A stretch of 64,000 nt of DNA from Eledone cirrhosa (Eukaryota). Position 1 is the first letter of the stretch. Every line of letters begins with the position of its first letter. Positions 1 to 9,500 of this stretch are shown in pieces. The position numbers were made by a program, and so were the translations under genes. The stretch is from NCBI GenBank assembly GCA_964016885.1, contig OZ024747.1, positions 29,698,001 to 29,762,000 on the forward strand. The letters are read 5' to 3'. The notes beneath the pieces are model-generated. The model did not search any database. It saw only the letters and a program-made list of their open reading frames with translations, and was not told the origin of the DNA.

Positions 1-707
1 AGAGATAATATTTAAAAAAATCAGGCGGAGATAATTTGTAAAAAAAATCAGGGGGAGATAATTTGTAAAAAAATCAGGGGGAGATAATTTGTAAAAAAAA
101 ATCAGGGGGAGATAATTTGTAAAAAAAAATCAGGGGGAGATAATTTGTAAAAAAAAATCAGGGGTAGATAATTTGTAAAAAAAAATCAGGGGGAGATAAT
201 TTGTAAAAAAAAAATCAGGGGGAGATAATTTGTAAAAAAATCAAGGGGAGATAATTTCCAGCCGTCCAAGGGGAGATAATTTTCAGCCGTCCAAGGAGAG
301 GTAATTTCTAGCCGTCCAAGGGGAGATAATTTCCAGCCGTCCAAGGGGAGATAATTTTTTAAAAAAAATCAGGCGGAGATAATTTGTAAACAAAAATCAG
401 GGGGAGATAATTTGTAAAAAAAAATCAGGGGGAGATAATTTGTAAAAAAAAATCAGGGGGAGATAATTTGTAAAAAAAATCAAGGGGAGATAATTTGTAA
501 AAAAAAATCAGGGGTAGATAATTTGTAAAAAAAAATCAGGGGGAGATAATTTGTAAAAAAAAAATCAGGGGGAGATAATTTGTAAAAAAATCAAGGGGAG
601 ATAATTTCCAGCCGTCCAAGGGGAGATAATTTTCAGCCGTCCAAGGAGAGGTAATTTCTAGCCGTCCAAGGGGAGATAATTTCCAGCCAGCCAAGGGGAG
701 ATAATTT
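1..707. repeat. Satellite family A block 1 (27-bp and 25-bp units sharing GGGGAGATAATTT), truncated by window start
   Basis: Tandem units (CAG)GGGGAGATAATTTGTA7-10T and GGGGAGATAATTTCCAGCCGTCCAA read directly. The segment is near-identical to 11538-12244 and about 48883-49589. Confidence 0.97.
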
Positions 708-3485
708 TTTTATGGGGGGGGTCCGTTTTTTATTTGGGTACCCCGTTTTTTATTTGGGTGCCCCGTTTTTTTATGGGGGGGGTCCGTTTTTTATTTGGGT
801 GTCCCGTTTTTTTATGGGGGGGGTCCGTTTTTTATTTGGGTGCCCCGTTTTTTTATGGGGGGGGTCCCGTTTTTTATTTGGGTACCCCGTTTTTTATTTG
901 GGTGCCCCGTTTTTTTATGGGGGGATCCGTTTTTTATTTGGGTGCCCCGTTTTTTATTTGGGTGTCCCGTTTTTTTATGGGGGGATCCGTTTTTTATTTG
1001 GGTGCCCCGTTTTTTATGGGGGGGGGTCCGTTTTTTATTTGGGTACCCCGTTTTTTATTTGGGTGCCCCGTTTTTTTATGGGGGGGGTCCGTTTTTTATT
1101 TGGGTGCCCCGTTTTTTTATGGGGGGGGTCCGTTTTTTATTTGGGTGCCCCGTTTTTTTATGGGGGGGGGGTCCCGTTTTTTATTTGGGTGCCCCGTTTT
1201 TTTATGGGGGGGGGTCCGTTTTTTATTTGGGTACCCCGTTTTTTATTTGGGTGCCCCGTTTTTTTATGGGGGGGGGTCCGTTTTTTATTTGGGTGCCCCG
1301 TTTTTTTATGGGGGGGGGCCGTTTTTTATTTGGGTGCCCCGTTTTTTTATGGGGGGGTCCCGTTTTTTATTTGGGTGCCCCGTTTTTTTATGGGGGGGGT
1401 CCGTTTTTTATTTGGGTACCCCGTTTTTTATTTGGGTGCCCCGTTTTTTTATGGGGGGGGTCCGTTTTTTATTTGGGTGCCCCGTTTTTTATTTGGGTGC
1501 CCCGTTTTTTTATGGGGGGGATCCGTTTTTTATTTGGGTGCCCCGTTTTATATTTGGGTGCCCCGTTTTTTATTTGGGTGCCCCGTTTTTTTATGGGGGG
1601 GTCCGTTTTTTATCTGGGTACCCCGTTTTTTATTTGGGTACCCCGTTTTTTATTTGGGTGCCCCGTTTTTTTATGGGGGGGGGTCCGTTTTTTATTTGGG
1701 TGCCCCGTTTTTTTAATGGGGGGGGGTCCGTTTTTTATTTGGGTGCCCCGTTTTTTATTTGGGTACCCCGTTTTTTATTTGGGTGCCCCGTTTTTTATTT
1801 GGGTGCCCCGTTTTTTTATGGGGGAGTCCGTTTTTTATTTGGGTGCCCCGTTTTTTATTTGGGTACCCCGTTTTTCATTTGGGTGCCCCGTTTTTTTATG
1901 GGGGGGTCCGTTTTTTATTTGGGTGCCCCGTTTTTTTATGGGGGGGGGCCGTTTTTTATTTGGGTACCCCGTTTTTTATTTGGGTGCCCCGTTTTTTATT
2001 TGGGTACCCCGTTTTTTATTTGGGTGCCCCGTTTTTTTATGGGGGGGGGTCCGTTTTTTATTTGGGTGCCCCGTTTTTTTATGGGGGGGGTCCGTTTTTT
2101 ATTTGGGTGCCCCGTTTTTTTATGGGGGGGTCCCGTTTTTTATTTGGGTGCCCCGTTTTTTTATGGGGGGGGGTCCGTTTTTTATTTGGGTACCCCGTTT
2201 TTTATTTGGGTGCCCCGTTTTTTTATGGGGGGGTCCGTTTTTTATTTGGGTGCCCCGTTTTTTTATGGGGGGGTCCGTTTTTTATCTGGGTACCCCGTTT
2301 TTTATTTGGGTACCCCGTTTTTTATTTGGGTGCCCCGTTTTTTTATGGGGGGGGTCCGTTTTTTATTTGGGTGCCCCGACTTTTATTTGGGTGTCCCGTT
2401 TTTTTATGGGGGGGTCCCGTTTTTTATTTGGGTGCCCCGTTTTATATTTGGGTGCCCCGTTTTTTATTTGGGTGCCCCGTTTTTTTATGGGGGGGTCCGT
2501 TTTTTATCTGGGTACCCCGTTTTTTATTTGGGTACCCCGTTTTTTTATGGGGGGGGTCCGTTTTTTATTTGGGTGCCCCGTTTTTTTATGGGGGGGTCCC
2601 GTTTTTTATTTGGGTGCCCCGTTTTTTTATGGGGGGGGGGTCCGTTTTTTATTTGGGTACCCCGTTTTTTATTTGGGTGCCCCGTTTTTTTATGGGGGGG
2701 GTCCGTTTTTTATTTGGGTGCCCCGTTTTTTATTTGGGTGCCCCGTTTTTTTATGGGGGGGATCCGTTTTTTATTTGGGTGCCCCGTTTTATATTTGGGT
2801 GCCCCGTTTTTTATTTGGGTGCCCCGTTTTTTTATGGGGGGGTCCGTTTTTTATCTGGGTACCCCGTTTTTTATTTGGGTACCCCGTTTTTTATTTGGGT
2901 GCCCCGTTTTTTTATGGGGGGGGGTCCGTTTTTTATTTGGGTGCCCCGTTTTTTTAATGGGGGGGGTCCGTTTTTTATTTGGGTGCCCCGTTTTTTATTT
3001 GGGTACCCCGTTTTTTATTTGGGTGCCCCGTTTTTTTCTGGGGGGGTCCCGTTTTTTATTTGGGTGCCCCGTTTTTATATGGGGGGGGGGGTCCGTTTTT
3101 TATTTGGGTACCCCGTTTTTTATTTGGGTGTCCCGTTTTTTTATGGGGGGATCCGTTTTTTATTTGGGTGCCCCGTTTTTTATGGGGGGGGGGTCCGTTT
3201 TTTATTTGGGTACCCCGTTTTTTATTTGGGTGCCCCGTTTTTTTATGGGGGGGGTCCGTTTTTTATTTGGGTGCCCCGTTTTTTTATGGGGGGGGGGTCC
3301 GTTTTTTATTTGGGTGCCCCGTTTTTTTATGGGGGGGATCCCGTTTTTTATTTGGGTGCCCCGTTTTTTTATGGGGGGGGTCCGTTTTTTATTTGGGTAC
3401 CCCCGTTTTTTATTTGGGTGTGCCCCGTTTTTTTATGGGGAGGGTCCGTTTTTTATTTGGGTGCCCCGTTTTTTTACAAATTATT
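708..3485. repeat. Satellite family B block 1 (~20-bp units, ~2.8 kb)
   Basis: Tandem CCGTTTTTTATTTGGGT(G/A)CC and CCGTTTTTTTATG(n)T units. The block ends in TTTTTTTACAAATTATT. Confidence 0.97.
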
Positions 3486-3530
3486 GAGATAACATTTAAA
3501 AAAATCAGGCGGAGATAATTTGTAAAAAAA
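3469..3530. repeat. 16-bp perfect inverted repeat at B-to-A junction 1 (TTTTTTTACAAATTAT / ATAATTTGTAAAAAAA, 30-nt spacer)
   Basis: 3469-3484 is the reverse complement of the family A unit segment at 3515-3530. Confidence 0.9.
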
Positions 3531-6500
3531 TCAGGGGGAGATAATTTGTAAAAAAATCAGGGGGAGATAATTTGTAAAAAAAATCAGGGGTAGATAATTT
3601 CCAGCCGTCCAAGGGGAGATAATTTCCATCCTTCCAAGGGGAGATAATTTCCAGCCGTCCGAGGGGAGATAATTTCCCGCCAGCCAAGGAGAGATAATAT
3701 TTAAAAAAATCAGGCGGAGATAATTTGTAAAAAAAATCAGGGGGAGATAATTTGTAAAAAAATCAGGGGGAGATAATTTGTAAAAAAAAATCAGGGGAGA
3801 TAATTTGTAAAAAAAATCAGGGGGAGATGATTTGTAAAAAAAAATCAGGGGTAGATAATTTGTAAAAAAAAATCAGGGGGAGATAATTTGTAAAAAAAAA
3901 ATCAGGGGGAGATAATTTGTAAAAAAATCAAGGGGAGATAATTTCCAGCCGTCCAAGGGGAGATAATTTTCAGCCGTCCAAGGAGGTAATTTCTAGCCGT
4001 CCAAGGGGAGATAATTTCCAGCCGTCCAAGGGGATATAATTTTTTTTTAAAAATCAGGCGGAGATAATTTGTAAACAAAAATCAGGGGGAGATAATTTGT
4101 AAAAAAAAATCAGGGGGAGATAATTTGTAAAAAAAAATCAGGGGGAGATAATTTGTAAAAAAAATCAAGGGGAGATAATTTCCAGCCGTCCAAGGGGAGG
4201 TAATATCTAGCCATCCAAGGGGAGATAATTTCCAGCCGTCCAAGGGGAGATAATTTCCAGCCGTCCAAGGGGAGATAATATCCAGCCGTCCAAGGAGACA
4301 TATTTTCCAGCCGTCCAAGGAGAGGTAATTTCTAGCCGTCCAAGGGGAGATAAGTTCCAGCCTCCAAGGGGAGAAAATTTCCAGCCAGCCAAGGGGAGAT
4401 AATTTGTAAAAAAATCAGGGGGAGATAATTTGTAAAAAAAAAATCAGGGGGAGATAATTTGTAAAAAAATCAGGGGGAGATAATTTGTAAAAAAAAAATC
4501 AGGGGGAGATAATTTGTAAAAAAAATCAGGGGGAGATAATTTGTAGAAAAAATCAGGGGTAGATAATTTGTAAAAAAAATCAGGGGGAGATAATTTGTAA
4601 AAAAAATCAGGGGGAGATAATTTGTAAAAAAAATCAGGGGTAGATAATTTTCAGCCGTCCAAGGGGAGATAATTTCCATCCTTCCAAGGGGAGATAATTT
4701 CCAGCCGTCCAAGGGGAGATAATTTCCCGCCAGCCAAGGAGAGATAACATTTAAAAAAATCAGGCGGAGATAATTTGTAAAAAAAATCAGGGGGAGATAA
4801 TTTGTAAAAAAATCAGGGGGAGATAATTTGTAAAAAAAATCAGGGGTAGATAATTTCCAGCCGTCCAAGGGGAGATAATTTCCATCCTTCCAAGGGGAGA
4901 TAATTTCCAGCCGTCCAAGGGGAGATAATTTCCCGCCAGCCAAGGAGAGATAATATTTAAAAAAATCAGGCGGAGATAATTTGTAAAAAAAATCAGGGGG
5001 AGATAATTTGTAAAAAAATCAGGGGGAGATAATTTGTAAAAAAAAATCAGGGGGAGATAATTTGTAAAAAAAATCAGGGGGAGATAATTTGTAAAAAAAA
5101 ATCAGGGGTAGATAATTTGTAAAAAAAAATCAGGGGGAGATAATTTGTAAAAAAAAAATCAGGGGGAGATAATTTGTAAAAAAATCAAGGGGAGATAATT
5201 TCCAGCCGTCCAAGGGGAGATAATTTTCAGCCGTCCAAGGAGAGGTAATTTCTAGCCGTCCAAGGGGAGATAATTTCCAGCCGTCCAAGGGGAGATAATT
5301 TTTTTAAAAAAATCAGGCGGAGATAATTTGTAAACAAAAATCAGGGGGAGATAATTTGTAAAAAAAAATCAGGGGGAGATAATTTGTAAAAAAAAAATCA
5401 GGGGGTGATAATTTGTAAAAAAATCAAGGGGAGATAATTTCCAGCCGTCCAAGGGGAGATAATTTTCAGCCGTCCAAGGAGAGGTAATTTCTAGCCGTCC
5501 AAGGGGAGATAATTTCCAGCCAGCCAAGGGGAGATAATTTGTAAAAAAATCAGGGGTAGATAATTTGTAAAAAAAAATCAGGGGGAGATAATTTGTAAAA
5601 AAAATCAGGGGGAGATAATTTGTAAAAAAATCAGGGGGAGATAATTTGTAAAAAAAATCAGGGGGAGATAATTTGTAAAAAAATCAGGGGGAGATAATTT
5701 GTAAAAAAAAAATCAGGGGGATATAATTTGTAAAAAAAATCAGGGCGAGATAATTTGTAAAAAAAATCAGGGGTAGATAATTTGTAAAAAAAATCAGGGG
5801 GAGATAATTTGTAAAAAAAATCAGGGGGAGATAATTTGTAAAAAAAATCAGGGGTAGATAATTTCCAGCCGTCCAAGGGGAGATAATTTCCATCCTTCCA
5901 AGGGGAGATAATTTCCAGCCGTCCAAGGGGAGATAATTTCCCGCCAGCCAAGGAGAGATAACATTTAAAAAAATCAGGCGGAGATAATTTGTAAAAAAAA
6001 TCAGGGGGAGATAATTTGTAAAAAAATCAGGGGGAGATAATTTGTAAAAAAAATCAGGGGTAGATAATTTCCAGCCGTCCAAGGGGAGATAATTTCCATC
6101 CTTCCAAGGGGAGATAATTTCCAGCCGTCCAAGGGGAGATAATTTCCCGCCAGCCAAGGAGAGATAATATTTAAAAAAATCAGGCGGAGATAATTTGTAA
6201 AAAAAATCAGGGGGAGATAATTTGTAAAAAAATCAGGGGGAGATAATTTGTAAAAAAAAATCAGGGGAGATAATTTGTAAAAAAAATCAGGGGGAGATAA
6301 TTTGTAAAAAAAATCAGGGGTAGATAATTTGTAAAAAAAAATCAGGGGGAGATAATTTGTAAAAAAAAAATCAGGGGGAGATAATTTGTAAAAAAATCAA
6401 GGGGAGATAATTTCCAGCCGTCCAAGGGGAGATAATTTTCAGCCGTCCAAGGAGGTAATTTCTAGCCGTCCAAGGGGAGATAATTTCCAGCCGTCCAAGG

Positions 6501-9500
6501 GGAGATAATTTTTTTAAAAAAATCAGGCGGAGATAATTTGTAAACAAAAATCAGGGGGAGATAATTTGTAAAAAAAAATCAGGGGGAGATAATTTGTAAA
6601 AAAAAATCAGGGGGAGATAATTTGTAAAAAAAATCAAGGGGAGATAATTTCCAGCCGTCCAAGGGGAGGTAATATCTAGCCATCCAAGGGGAGATAATTT
6701 CCAGCCGTCCAAGGGGAGATAATTTCCAGCCGTCCAAGGGGAGATAATATCCAGCCGTCCAAGGAGACATATTTTCCAGCCGTCCAAGGAGAGGTAATTT
6801 CTAGCCGTCCAAGGGGAGATAAGTTCCAGCCTCCAAGGGGAGATAATTTCCAGCCAGCCAAGGGGAGATAATTTGTAAAAAAATCAGGGGGAGATAATTT
6901 GTAAAAAAAAAATCAGGGGGAGATAATTTGTAAAAAAATCAGGGGGAGATAATTTGTAAAAAAAAAATCAGGGGGAGATAATTTGTAAAAAAAATCAGGG
7001 GGAGATAATTTGTAGAAAAAATCAGGGGTAGATAATTTGTAAAAAAAATCAGGGGGAGATAATTTGTAAAAAAAATCAGGGGGAGATAATTTGTAAAAAA
7101 AATCAGGGGTAGATAATTTTCAGCCGTCCAAGGGGAGATAATTTCCATCCTTCCAAGGGGAGATAATTTCCAGCCGTCCAAGGGGAGATAATCTCCCGCC
7201 AGCCAAGGAGAGATAACATTTAAAAAAATCAGGCGGAGATAATTTGTAAAAAAATCAGGGGAAGATAATTTGTAAAAAAAATCAGGGGTAGATAATTTCC
7301 AGCCGTCCAAGGGGAGATAATTTCCATCCTTCCAAGGGGAGATAATTTCCAGCCGTCCAAGGGGAGATAATTTCCCGCCAGCCAAGGAGAGATAATATTT
7401 AAAAAAATCAGGCGGAGATAATTTGTAAAAAAAATCAGGGGGAGATAATTTGTAAAAAAATCAGGGGGAGATAATTTGTAAAAAAAAATCAGGGGGAGAT
7501 AATTTGTAAAAAAAATCAGGGGGAGATAATTTGTAAAAAAAATCAGGGGTAGATAATTTGTAAAAAAAAATCAGGGGGAGATAATTTGTAAAAAAAAAAT
7601 CAGGGGGAGATAATTTGTAAAAAAATCAAGGGGAGATAATTTCCAGCCGTCCAAGGGGAGATAATTTTCAGCCGTCCAAGGAGAGGTAATTTCTAGCCGT
7701 CCAAGGGGAGATAATTTCCAGCCGTCCAAGGGGAGATAATTTTTTTAAAAAAATCAGGCGGAGATAATTTGTAAACAAAAATCAGGGGGAGATAATTTGT
7801 AAAAAAAAATCAGGGGGAGATAATTTGTAAAAAAAATCAGGGGGAGATAATTTGTAAAAAAAATCAAGGGGAGATAATTTCCAGCCGTCCAAGGGGAGGT
7901 AATATCTAGCCATCCAAGGGGAGATAATTTCCAGCCGTCCAAGGGGAGATAATTTCCAGCCGTCCAAGGGGAGATAATATCCAGCCGTCCAAGGAGACAT
8001 ATTTTCCAGCCGTCCAAGGAGAGGTAATTTCTAGCCGTCCAAGGGGAGATAAGTTCCAGCCTCCAAGGGGAGATAATTTCCAGCCAGCCAAGGGGAGATA
8101 ATTTGTAAAAAAATCAGGGGGAGATAATTTGTAAAAAAAAAATCAGGGGGAGATAATTTGTAAAAAAATCAGGGGGAGATAATTTGTAAAAAAAAAATCA
8201 GGGGGAGATAATTTGTAAAAAAAATCAGGGGGAGATAATTTGTAAAAAAAATCAGGGGTAGATAATTTGTAAAAAAAATCAGGGGGAGATAATTTGTAAA
8301 AAAAATCAGGGGGAGATAATTTGTAAAAAAAATCAGGGGTAGATAATTTTCAGCCGTCCAAGGGGAGATAATTTCCATCCTTCCAAGGGGAGATAATTTC
8401 CAGCCGTCCAAGGGGAGATAATCTCCCGCCAGCCAAGGAGAGATAACATTTAAAAAAATCAGGCGGAGATAATTTGTAAAAAAAATCAGGGGGAGATAAT
8501 TTGTAAAAAAATCAGGGGGAGATAATTTGTAAAAAAAATCAGGGGTAGATAATTTCCAGCCCTCCAAGGGGAGATAATTTCCATCCTTCCAAGGGGAGAT
8601 AATTTCCAGCCGTCCAAGGGGAGATAATTTCCCGCCAGCCAAGGAGAGATAATATTTAAAAAAATCAGGCGGAGATAATTTGTAAAAAAAATCAGGGGGA
8701 GATAATTTGTAAAAAAATCAGGGGGAGATAATTTGTAAAAAAAAATCAGGGGGAGATAATTTGTAAAAAAAATCAGGCGGAGATAATTTGTAAAAAAAAT
8801 CAGGGGTAGATAATTTGTAAAAAAAAATCAGGGGGAGATAATTTGTAAAAAAAAAATCAGGGGGAGATAATTTGTAAAAAAATCAAGGGGAGATAATTTC
8901 CAGCCGTCCAAGGGGAGATAATTTTCAGCCGTCCAAGGAGAGGTAATTTCTAGCCGTCCAAGGGGAGATAATTTCCAGCCGTCCAAGGGGAGATAATTTT
9001 TTTAAAAAAATCAGGCGGAGATAATTTGTAAACAAAAATCAGGGGGAGATAATTTGTAAAAAAAAATCAGGGGGAGATAATTTGTAAAAAATAATCAGGG
9101 GGAGATAATTTGTAAAAAAAATCAAGGGGAGATAATTTCCAGCCGTCCAAGGGGAGATAATATCCAGCCGTCCAAGGAGACATATTTTCCAGCCGTCCAA
9201 GGAGAGGTAATTTCTAGCCGTCCAAGGGGAGATAAGTTCCAGCCTCCAAGGGGAGATAATTTCCAGCCAGCCAAGGGGAGATAATTTGTAAAAAAATCAG
9301 GGGGAGATAATTTGTAAAAAAAAAATCAGGGGCAGATAATTTGTAAAAAAATCAGGGGGAGATAATTTGTAAAAAAAAAATCAGGGGGAGATAATTTGTA
9401 AAAAAAATCAGGGGGAGATAATTTGTAAAAAAAATCAGGGGTAGATAATTTGTAAAAAAAATCAGGGGGAGATAATTTGTAAAAAAAATCAGGGGTAGAT

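Noticed and set aside
708-3476. Intrinsic-terminator-like (GC stem then T6-7) and Pol III terminator-like motifs on +, and AATAAA poly(A) signals on the minus strand in most B units
   Set aside because: These are by-products of the monomer sequence. Stems are at most 4-6 bp or have no loop, and there is no transcription unit to terminate.
701-3484. B block as a TIR transposon or MITE (ATAATTT...AAATTAT ends)
   Set aside because: The inverted match is only 7 bp and derives from the host satellite. There is no direct target-site duplication and no transposase, ~197 bp is lost at the site, and all copies share one flank haplotype.
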